Translations under genes and position numbers: made by a program
Source of the DNA: a bacterium CG_4_10_14_0_2_um_filter_33_32
GTDB lineage: Bacteria; Patescibacteriota; CPR2_A; CG2-30-33-46
Reading direction: 5' to 3'
Length of the DNA: 59,358 nt
Assembly (NCBI GenBank): GCA_002792735.1
Contig: PFOW01000058.1
Location: 1 to 59,358 of the forward strand
The notes under the pieces: generated by a model
Database searches by the model: none
Told to the model about the DNA's origin: nothing
What the model saw: only the letters and a program-made list of their open reading frames with translations
Shown: piece by piece, positions 45,059 through 52,806 of the stretch
How positions within the stretch are numbered: the first letter of the stretch is position 1
Layout: each line of letters begins with the position of its first letter

Positions 45059-46582
45059 ATGATCTCTAAAATAAATTCAGCATCAATAGTCGGATTAGAG
45101 GCGGTTCCAGTAGAAGTGGAATCTGATATAAGCAACGGTTTGCCGAATTTTCTTATCGTTGGTTTACCTGATAAATCTGTTGAAGAAGCCAAAGAAAGAG
45201 TCAGATCTGCTGTTAAAAATTCAAATGCGGTTTTTCCAACAAAAAGAATAACTGTTAATTTAGCGCCCGCTGACTTAAGGAAAGAAGGGTCTTCTTTCGA
45301 TCTGCCTGTAGCTGTATCAATCATGGCAGCATCAGGTCAAATAAAAGTAGATGACGGTGATTTATTTATAGGAGAATTAGCCTTAGATGGTATGTTAAGG
45401 AAAGTTAACGGTATTCTTTCCATTGTTATAATGGCCAGAGAAAGAGGGTTTAAGAATATATTTTTGCCGCTGGAAAATGAGAAAGAGGCATCTGCTGTTG
45501 AGGGTGTTAAAATCTTTCCCATAAAAAATTTAGAAGAATTAATGATGGGTTTAAGGGGTGATATTAATTTACGCAAAGTAGAAAGTAATCTTGATATAAA
45601 AGATTTTTTAAATAATGAAGAAGATATTCAAAGTGACTTAGATTTTTCTTTGGTTTCAGGGCAAGAGCACGCAAAAAGGGCATTAGAAATAGCTGCCTCT
45701 GGAGGTCATAATGTTTTAATGATAGGTCCTCCAGGAACAGGAAAGACATTATTAGCTAAGGCTTTTACAACAATATTGCCTAAGATGACATTTGAAGAAA
45801 TGCTTGAAATATCCAGGATATATTCTGTTTCAGGTTTTTTAGAGCCAAATAAACCACTTCTAACAAAGCGCCCTTTTAGAAATCCTCATCATACGGCTTC
45901 CCGCATAGCTTTAGTCGGAGGAGGTCAAAGGCCCAAGCCTGGTGAGATTAGCCTTGCGCATAGGGGTGTTTTGTTTTTAGATGAATTTTCTGAGTTTCCG
46001 AAAGCCGTTTTAGAAGTTTTAAGACAGCCATTAGAAGATGGTAAAATTACTATTTCAAGGGCTTCGGCTAGCTTAACTTATCCGTCAGTTTTTATTCTTA
46101 TTGCGGCTTCTAATCCTTGTCCTTGCGGATATCTGGGTGACGAAAGCAAAGAGTGTGTATGTTCAAATTCACAAATAATTAACTATTCGAAGAAAATATC
46201 AGGACCTATTATGGATAGGATAGATATACATATTAGAGTGCCGAGGGTTAAATATGATAAATTAAGAGATAATAGAAGCGCTGAGTCTTCTTTTATGATT
46301 AGGGAGCGAGTTGAAAAAGCCAGGGATATTCAAGTTTCCCGATTTGCTAATAAAAAAATTACATCAAACGCTGAGATGGGTGTTAGGGAAATAAAAGATT
46401 TTTGTATTGTAGACTCTGATACTGAATCTATTTTAAAACAAGCAGTAGATAATTTATCAATATCAGTTAGGGGATATCATAAAATTTTAAAACTAGCTAG
46501 AACAATCGCGGATTTAGAAAATGAGGATAATATAAAACAATATCATGTGACAGAAGCTATTCAATATAGGCAGGCTAGCTAA
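45059..46582 (+). CDS. comM: Mg-chelatase-like AAA+ protein ComM/YifB
   Basis: Lon-protease-like N-domain, GPPGTGKT, Cys cluster NPCPCGY, C-terminal ChlI-like helix bundle. Confidence 0.9.
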   Translation: MISKINSASIVGLEAVPVEVESDISNGLPNFLIVGLPDKSVEEAKERVRSAVKNSNAVFPTKRITVNLAPADLRKEGSSFDLPVAVSIMAASGQIKVDDGDLFIGELALDGMLRKVNGILSIVIMARERGFKNIFLPLENEKEASAVEGVKIFPIKNLEELMMGLRGDINLRKVESNLDIKDFLNNEEDIQSDLDFSLVSGQEHAKRALEIAASGGHNVLMIGPPGTGKTLLAKAFTTILPKMTFEEMLEISRIYSVSGFLEPNKPLLTKRPFRNPHHTASRIALVGGGQRPKPGEISLAHRGVLFLDEFSEFPKAVLEVLRQPLEDGKITISRASASLTYPSVFILIAASNPCPCGYLGDESKECVCSNSQIINYSKKISGPIMDRIDIHIRVPRVKYDKLRDNRSAESSFMIRERVEKARDIQVSRFANKKITSNAEMGVREIKDFCIVDSDTESILKQAVDNLSISVRGYHKILKLARTIADLENEDNIKQYHVTEAIQYRQAS

Positions 46583-46643
46583 TAATTCTTATTTAAAAAA
46601 AGTATAATATTGTTATAATATTTAAAGTTATTAAAAAAAAGAG

Positions 46644-47627
46644 ATGGCAAAAAAACCCGTAATTAAAACTGTAAATCTCTGCAAATATTATCAGATGGGA
46701 AAAACAACGGTTCGTGCGAACCAAAAGATTAATATTGAGGTTTATTCTGGAGAATTTGTTATAATTTTTGGTCAATCAGGCTGCGGCAAGTCAACACTGA
46801 TGAGCTTGTTGGCTGGTTTAGATGAGCCTACTTCAGGAGAGATCTTGGTAAGAGGTGAAAAACTGAATGGTTTAAACGCGCTTCAGCTTGCAAAATACAG
46901 AAGGACTAAGATTGGAATGGTTTTTCAACAATATAATCTTATTAAAACCATGACTGCTGTTGAAAATGTCGCTCTTCCGCTTACGTTTGATGGCAGACCT
47001 AAAAGGCTTAGAACTCAAAGAGCTGAAAATTGTTTAGACATGGTAGGTATGCAAAGTTATAAAGACCATACTCCCGCCGAATTATCAGGAGGTCAACAGC
47101 AAAGAGTGGCTATTGCCAGAGCTTGGGTTACCAGCCCCTGGATTGTGTTAGCTGATGAGCCAACAGGTAATTTAGACAGTAAATCAGCTAATGACATTAT
47201 GGAGTTGCTAAAAAAATTAAGCGTTAAATCTAAACGAATAGTTGTTTTGATTACTCATAACCCCGATTATATTAAATACGCTGATAAGGTTTTTTATATA
47301 AGAGATGGTGTTATAACTAAAGTTACAGGTAAATCTAAAAGCGTTAAGAAGAGTAAGCCAAAAGCTACTTTAGAATTTTTGGAAATTGATCCTAAAATAG
47401 TAAGAGATCTTAAAAAGGTAGGATATAAATCAGCTCAAGATATTATTTCTGCAAAAATATCTGATTTAATACAGGTTTCGGGTGTGAATGAGGTAGAAGC
47501 GGCTAAGATTCAAAAAGCTGCCACTAAGTTTTTGGAAGGGGAAGAAACAGGTGATTCAGGATCCACAGAGGGTAATGAAGCAGACGAAGATTTAGAAGGA
47601 GAAAATTCTGGCAGCTTAACTAGCTAA
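46644..47627 (+). CDS. ABC transporter ATP-binding protein (MacB/LolD-type) with C-terminal helix-hairpin-helix tail
   Basis: Walker A GQSGCGKST, signature LSGGQQQR, Walker B VLADEPT. Residues ~235-300 have HhH-like repeats (LIQVSGVNEVEAAKI), followed by an acidic tail. Confidence 0.88.
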   Translation: MAKKPVIKTVNLCKYYQMGKTTVRANQKINIEVYSGEFVIIFGQSGCGKSTLMSLLAGLDEPTSGEILVRGEKLNGLNALQLAKYRRTKIGMVFQQYNLIKTMTAVENVALPLTFDGRPKRLRTQRAENCLDMVGMQSYKDHTPAELSGGQQQRVAIARAWVTSPWIVLADEPTGNLDSKSANDIMELLKKLSVKSKRIVVLITHNPDYIKYADKVFYIRDGVITKVTGKSKSVKKSKPKATLEFLEIDPKIVRDLKKVGYKSAQDIISAKISDLIQVSGVNEVEAAKIQKAATKFLEGEETGDSGSTEGNEADEDLEGENSGSLTS

Positions 47628-47642
47628 CAAAGAAGGTAAAAT

Positions 47643-48839
47643 ATGAAGATTAGAGACGTTTTTGCTCTATCAACAGGAAATTTAAGAAGAAATAGGATGC
47701 GTAGTGTTCTTACTATAACGGGTGTAACCATTGGTATAGCTGCTATTGTTTTTCTAGTATCTTTAGGTTTTGGCCTGCAGAATCTCTCTATTAAAAAAAT
47801 TACTTCCTTAGATGCTTTAACAACTATTACTGTGTCTCCGGGTAATAATGCCCAAACTAAACTTAATGAAGAGACTGTTAATAAATTTAAAGGTATTAAG
47901 GGTGTTTCTAATGTAAGCACTACTTTTTCGGTACCTAGCCAGATATCTTATAATAATAAAACCACTGATTCTGTAACGTATGGGTTAAATCCAGAATATA
48001 TCGATATAGAAGGATTGAAAATAAAAGAGGGAAAAAGCTTTTCATCAAATGATGCAAAAGAAGTGATTGTTTCACAATCAATATTAAAAGTTTTTGATGT
48101 TAAAGATTATAAGAGTGTTTTAGGCCAAGACTTGGAAGTAAATTTTATAGTGTTAGATGATGAAGGTAATATTAAAAAAATAGATGAATCTTTGTCAAAG
48201 CAGAAGCTTAAGATAGTTGGTTTTGTTGAAGAAGAGAAAAATAACGTTTATATTTCTATTGATCACTTAAAACCATTAGGGCTTAAACTTTATAATAGAA
48301 CAAAAGTAAAAGTTAATGATAAGGCAGATTTAGAGTCGATTAGAAGTCAGATAGATGCCTTAGGTTTTACCACAATTTCAGTAAAGGATACTATAAATCA
48401 AATTGATAAAGTTTTCTTAATCGTAAAAATCATCCTTGGTGCATTTGGGATGATAGCGCTTTTAGTCGCTTCAATAGGTATTTTTAATACCATGACTATA
48501 GCTTTATTAGAAAGAACCCATGAGATTGGTGTTATGAAAGCTATAGGTGCAACTGATAAAGACATCAAATGGACTTTTATATCAGAAGTTTCTGTAATTG
48601 GTCTTCTAGGAGGTATCTTAGGAGTTATATCGGGCATAATAGGTGGTTATATTATAAATTGGTTAGTGAATTCTTTAGCAAAAGCGTTGGGTGGAGAACC
48701 TAATACTCTTTTTTATACTCCAATAGAATTTATTCTAATAGCTATCGGTTTTTCGTTCTTTGTTAGTACATTGGCAGGGTTTTATCCTGCAAAAAGAGCC
48801 TCTAAACTAAGCCCTATAGAGGCATTAAGGTATGAATAG
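47643..48839 (+). CDS. ABC transporter permease, FtsX/MacB family
   Basis: TM1, a large periplasmic-type domain, then a C-terminal FtsX 3-TM bundle. Adjacent to the ATPase. Confidence 0.85.
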   Translation: MKIRDVFALSTGNLRRNRMRSVLTITGVTIGIAAIVFLVSLGFGLQNLSIKKITSLDALTTITVSPGNNAQTKLNEETVNKFKGIKGVSNVSTTFSVPSQISYNNKTTDSVTYGLNPEYIDIEGLKIKEGKSFSSNDAKEVIVSQSILKVFDVKDYKSVLGQDLEVNFIVLDDEGNIKKIDESLSKQKLKIVGFVEEEKNNVYISIDHLKPLGLKLYNRTKVKVNDKADLESIRSQIDALGFTTISVKDTINQIDKVFLIVKIILGAFGMIALLVASIGIFNTMTIALLERTHEIGVMKAIGATDKDIKWTFISEVSVIGLLGGILGVISGIIGGYIINWLVNSLAKALGGEPNTLFYTPIEFILIAIGFSFFVSTLAGFYPAKRASKLSPIEALRYE

Positions 48840-48857
48840 TAGGCTAAGAAGCCCCGA

Positions 48858-49172
48858 TTATTTTAATATATAATTAGATACTTTAGAAATCGAGTTTGTG
48901 CTATTCAAGTAATAATAGATTCCAAAGATTATTAGGAATACAAGAGTAGATAAAATAATTGTCTTTTTTATATCTTTTTTAATAAATCGGTGTATTTTGT
49001 CTTCTTCTAATATCTCAGCGGTTGTAGCAGTGGTTGCTGGCGTTGTTTCTGATGATAATTCTTCTTTGTTTAAGGATTCATTAAATGTATGCGTCTGAAT
49101 CTGGTTTTCGAGGTGTTGTTGCATTAGTTGTTTGAACTGTTTTTTTAGTTTTTTATTCTTCTTTTTTCTCAT
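48858..49172 (-). CDS. Hypothetical small membrane protein
   Basis: Basic N-terminus and a single C-terminal TM (TIILSTLVFLIIFGIYYYL). No family recognised. Confidence 0.4.
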   Translation of the reverse strand: MRKKKNKKLKKQFKQLMQQHLENQIQTHTFNESLNKEELSSETTPATTATTAEILEEDKIHRFIKKDIKKTIILSTLVFLIIFGIYYYLNSTNSISKVSNYILK

Positions 49173-49231
49173 TGGCTTTTGTTTCCTTTTAATTTATAAT
49201 ATTATATTATATCATCCTATAAAAGACTTTT

Positions 49232-49720
49232 ATGGAAACAAACATTTTATTTATTATTATTGCTATTTTATCTATTTTTATAATCTCGCTTCAAATACAA
49301 GTGCTATTTCTTAGAAGAAGGATAAGAGATCTCTTTGGCAAAGAAAAAGGCAAGGATATTGAACAGGTACTTAATGATTATGTTAAAGGAGTCAGCCATT
49401 ATTTTGAAGATGTGGAAGAATTAAAAAAATTCTCCCAAAAGTTGTTTCATCTAGTAAGTAAGAGTATCCAAAAGATAGGTTTTATAAGATTTAATCCTTT
49501 TGATGATGTAGGTGGAGATCAAAGTTTCTCAATAGCGCTTTTAGATTTAAATAATGACGGTATTTTGATTTCCAGTTTGTTTGGCAGAGACGGTACAAGA
49601 GTGTATAGCAAGCCAATCACCAGCGGTAAATCAAAATACTTTTTGTCTCATGAAGAAGAAAAGGCCTTGGAAGAGGCAATAAAAAATAATAGGAGTTTAG
49701 ATGTTTCGCAAAAAAAATGA
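49232..49720 (+). CDS. DUF4446-like protein
   Basis: N-terminal TM plus FIRFNPFDDVGGDQSFSIALLDLNNDGILISSLFGRDGTRVYSKPI, matching my recollection of the DUF4446 core. Confidence 0.55.
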   Translation: METNILFIIIAILSIFIISLQIQVLFLRRRIRDLFGKEKGKDIEQVLNDYVKGVSHYFEDVEELKKFSQKLFHLVSKSIQKIGFIRFNPFDDVGGDQSFSIALLDLNNDGILISSLFGRDGTRVYSKPITSGKSKYFLSHEEEKALEEAIKNNRSLDVSQKK

Positions 49721-50141
49721 ACTAAGCAATGAGATTGAAACGATCGTTGGGCCATCCGTTGCCTTAAAAGGAAATTTACACAGTGATGGTAATATAATTG
49801 TTAAAGGTGTAGTTTCAGGGGAAATCAAAACGCAAGGTGATATTTTAGTAGATGAAGGAGCTGAGATTAAAGCTTCAGTCTCAGCAACGAATATTAAAAT
49901 TGCTGGTACAGTTAATGGTGATCTTGTCTCAGACGGTGAGATAGAAATTACAGAAACAGGTAAAGTAATAGGTAATATTAATTCCTCAGCGCTTATAATC
50001 AGAGTAGGAGCAGTATTCATCGGTAAGAGCGTTATGGAATTAAATGAAGATAATGTAAATAAAGCAAAAGAAGATCAAGAAGAGAAAGAAGAACAAGAAG
50101 AAGAGGGAAACATAGAACCAGAGCCCGAAATAGAAGAATAG
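49701..50141 (+). CDS. Bactofilin
   Basis: Beta-helical repeat pattern of bactofilin (DUF583) (LKGNLHSDGNIIVKGVVSGEIKTQGDILVDEGAEIKASV...) with an acidic tail. Overlaps the upstream gene by 20 nt. Confidence 0.8.
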   Translation: MFRKKNELSNEIETIVGPSVALKGNLHSDGNIIVKGVVSGEIKTQGDILVDEGAEIKASVSATNIKIAGTVNGDLVSDGEIEITETGKVIGNINSSALIIRVGAVFIGKSVMELNEDNVNKAKEDQEEKEEQEEEGNIEPEPEIEE

Positions 50142-50244
50142 CCACCACGCCTTTTGAGCGGCATCTATGACTTTGAATGCTATACAATCAACTAATTATG
50201 ATTTACAACCAAGCAACATGTACCCTAGAAGGTGAGGGGTAAAA

Positions 50245-51099
50245 ATGTATTATTATATAATAAATCCCGCTGCAGGTGGCGGTAAGATAAATAAGATACA
50301 AACAAGACTTAAAGCCCTACTTAAAGAAAAAAGGATAGATGGGGATTTTGCTAAAAGTATTGGTAAGGGTGACGCTTCAAAGATTACAAAGATAGCGATT
50401 AGACAAGGTTTTAAGACTATTATCGCCGTAGGCGGAGATAGTACAGTATTAGAGGTTGTGAATGGAATTATTGATAATTCTGATATTGCGTTAGGCATTC
50501 TTCCAATAGGTTCTACAAACGTTATAGCCAGACTTTTCGGCATTAATGATTGGGTTGAGACGACTGATATTCTAGCTCAAAGAAAATTAGAAAAAATAAA
50601 CTTGGGTCAAGTTAATAACTCTTTTTTTATAAATTCAGTACAGTTGGGGATTGAAAATGAATTGTCACAAGAGAGGAAAGACATATCTCCTTTAAATAAT
50701 CTGTTATTTAAAGGAAAAGTTATGCGTAAAATACTGCAATTTAAATCTTTTTTTGCAAGATTGGATTTTGAAGAAGGATTTTCTGTAAGCTCAGATATTT
50801 TTAATATCTCTGTAATTAATGGAGGAAAGGATTATAATTCTGATAAATTACAAGTTATTTTGGTACCTAATCAGTCTAAGTTCAATCTGCTTAAGAAACT
50901 TTCCAAAGTTACCGCTTCTTCGTATGTAGATTTATCTTTTGTAAGTAAATTTCAGACTAAGAAGGTTTCTATCACAACCAAGAAACCTAAGCAAATTTTT
51001 GCAGATAATGAATATATAGGTATGACGCCAATGGATATTTCTACTACCTCAAAGAAAATTAAGATTATAGTAAATAAACAAAATATAAGTAGATATTGA
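50245..51099 (+). CDS. Diacylglycerol/lipid kinase family protein (YegS/DagK-like)
   Basis: DAGK catalytic-domain motifs (IINPAAGGG, IAVGGDSTVLEVVNG). Confidence 0.8.
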   Translation: MYYYIINPAAGGGKINKIQTRLKALLKEKRIDGDFAKSIGKGDASKITKIAIRQGFKTIIAVGGDSTVLEVVNGIIDNSDIALGILPIGSTNVIARLFGINDWVETTDILAQRKLEKINLGQVNNSFFINSVQLGIENELSQERKDISPLNNLLFKGKVMRKILQFKSFFARLDFEEGFSVSSDIFNISVINGGKDYNSDKLQVILVPNQSKFNLLKKLSKVTASSYVDLSFVSKFQTKKVSITTKKPKQIFADNEYIGMTPMDISTTSKKIKIIVNKQNISRY

Positions 51100-51144
51100 T
51101 TAACTTTCAATTTAAAGCTATTATATTAAAGGAAGGAGAAAAAA

Positions 51145-51651
51145 ATAGTTAAGAAATTTCGTATTAACAAAGAAATTAGATTTTCCCCCCTCAGGGTTAT
51201 AGATGCTGACGGAACTCAACTAGGGGTATTATCAAAAGAAGAGGCTTTTTCAAGGGCTGAAGAATATGGTTTAGATTTGGTAGAAGTTTCTCCCAATGCT
51301 CGTCCTCCCGTTGTTAAGATAATGGATTTTGGTAAATTTAAGTATGAACAGGCAAAAGCAGAAAAAAAGCATAATCAAAAGCAAAAGACAGGAGAGCTTA
51401 AAGAAATCAGGTTTGGATTAAAAATAGGTACCCATGATTTAGATATAAAGCTGAGACGAGCAGAAGAATTTTTTAAAGATAATAATAAAGTTCAAATTAT
51501 TTTAAGATTTAAAGGTCGAGAGATAACTCATAAAGAGTTGGGTTTCGAGCTTTTAAAAAAATTTATTGATAGATTAAACGAAATTAGCAAACTAGAAGGA
51601 GGTATTAAGAGTCAGGGTATGTCTATAACTGCCCTTCTAGTACCGAAATAA
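51145..51651 (+). CDS. infC: Translation initiation factor IF-3 (non-canonical ATA start)
   Basis: The frame is open from 51130. IF-3 N-domain sequence (INKEIRFSPLRVIDADGTQLGVLSKEEAFSRAEEYGLDLVEVSPNA) lies upstream of the first ATG (51277). ATA 51145 sits 7 nt after GGAAGGAG. Confidence 0.85.
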   Translation: MVKKFRINKEIRFSPLRVIDADGTQLGVLSKEEAFSRAEEYGLDLVEVSPNARPPVVKIMDFGKFKYEQAKAEKKHNQKQKTGELKEIRFGLKIGTHDLDIKLRRAEEFFKDNNKVQIILRFKGREITHKELGFELLKKFIDRLNEISKLEGGIKSQGMSITALLVPK

Positions 51652-51655
51652 AATT

Positions 51656-51853
51656 ATGGTAAAAATGAAAACCCACAAGGGTACACAAAAGAGAATAAAG
51701 GTTACAAAAACAGGAAAGCTTAAAAGAAGAAGAGCTTATCGAAGTCATTTGTTAGAGAAAAAAAGTCCTAAGAGAAAGTCGAAATACTCAAAATCTTTTG
51801 CGGTTAGCTCCGCTGACGAAAAAAATGTTAAGAAATTACTTCCAAGTAGGTAA
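51656..51853 (+). CDS. rpmI: 50S ribosomal protein L35
   Basis: MVKMKTHKGTQKRIKVTKTGKLKRRRA, an L35 signature. infC-rpmI-rplT synteny. Confidence 0.88.
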   Translation: MVKMKTHKGTQKRIKVTKTGKLKRRRAYRSHLLEKKSPKRKSKYSKSFAVSSADEKNVKKLLPSR

Positions 51854-51889
51854 TTTTATAGCTATATTGTATTTGGAAAGGAGAATAAG

Positions 51890-52237
51890 TTGGTTAGGGT
51901 AAAAAGGGGCAAAATAACAAGACAAAAACATAAGAAAGTTTTAAAAGCGACAAAAGGCATGAAGGGCGTTAGGCGTTCTTCAATAAAGAAAGCCAAAGAA
52001 GCGGTTATTAAAGCTTTATCTTATTCATATAGAGACAGAAGGGCTAAAAAGAGGGATTTCCGCAAGCTATGGATTATTCGTCTTAATAATGCTTTGGCCG
52101 AAAAAGGAATTTCATACTCTAAATTTATAAACCAGCTTAAAGTTAAAAATATTCAGATTGATCGTAAAACGTTATCTGATCTTGCGGTCAATGATTCCGA
52201 GGTTTTTAACAAGTTAGTCGATGAGGTTAAAAAATGA
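51890..52237 (+). CDS. rplT: 50S ribosomal protein L20
   Basis: MVRVKRGKITRQKHKKVLKATKGMKG... L20 signature. TTG start after GGAGAA. Confidence 0.92.
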   Translation: MVRVKRGKITRQKHKKVLKATKGMKGVRRSSIKKAKEAVIKALSYSYRDRRAKKRDFRKLWIIRLNNALAEKGISYSKFINQLKVKNIQIDRKTLSDLAVNDSEVFNKLVDEVKK

Positions 52238-52431
52238 TTCTTTATGAATATCAATGTAAAAAATGCGAATGTATATTTCAACAATTTTCTAATTCAGAAG
52301 ACCGTGATAAGGTAATTTGTCCTAGTTGTAATTCTAAGGATACTAAGAGACTTATGGCTACTGTTGCCACTAAAGGATCTGGTGGTTGTTGTCAGAGTGG
52401 GGGTGGTTGCTGTGGGTGTAATGGCTGTTAA
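52234..52431 (+). CDS. FmdB-family zinc-ribbon protein with Cys/Gly-rich tail
   Basis: YEYQCKKCE...ICPSCNS two CxxC knuckles. C-terminal GSGGCCQSGGGCCGCNGC. ATGA overlap with the rplT stop. Confidence 0.7.
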   Translation: MILYEYQCKKCECIFQQFSNSEDRDKVICPSCNSKDTKRLMATVATKGSGGCCQSGGGCCGCNGC

Positions 52432-52462
52432 TTAATTTTCTAGATAGGTTGTTATAGAATGT

Positions 52463-52492
52463 AAAAATTCTCGGTAAATGCCGAGCATTTTT
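52463..52492. terminator. Weak bidirectional terminator candidate
   Basis: CTCGG (52470-52474) / CCGAG (52481-52485) flanked by A5 and T5. The stem is short. Confidence 0.35.
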
Positions 52493-52497
52493 ATAAT

Positions 52498-52749
52498 TCA
52501 ATCAATTTTTTCAACAGGATTAATTACAGATAGTGTTCTATCCAGTCCTGGTTTTAAGAATTCATCTATTCGTTCATATTCTTTTGTTTCAATAATGTAA
52601 TAAACAGTGTGTTCACCACTTGAATAATATGTTTTTTTAAGTTTAAAATCAGGGATTTCTTCGGGGTTTTTGAAAAGCATTGCGATGCCGCCCTCTTCTT
52701 CTGAAGGCATAGACTCGGGTGCGTGTGTTTGCGTTATTAAAAAAATCAT
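52498..52749 (-). CDS. Hypothetical protein (83 aa)
   Basis: Intact ORF with SD (AGGAGG on the minus strand upstream of the ATG). No family recognised with confidence. Confidence 0.5.
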   Translation of the reverse strand: MIFLITQTHAPESMPSEEEGGIAMLFKNPEEIPDFKLKKTYYSSGEHTVYYIIETKEYERIDEFLKPGLDRTLSVINPVEKID

Positions 52750-52806
52750 GATGGACCTCCTTATTCAATTTTACAAGAAGGATAATTTTTATCTACGGTA
52801 TTTTTG

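Noticed and set aside
44815-45324. 169-aa minus-strand ORF bridging the sppA 3' end and the comM 5' end
   Set aside because: It is antisense to two confidently identified genes and has no recognisable domain. It is most likely a chance open frame.
49697-50020. 107-aa minus-strand ORF antisense to bactofilin
   Set aside because: The repetitive beta-helix coding sequence keeps the antisense frame open. There is no independent support.
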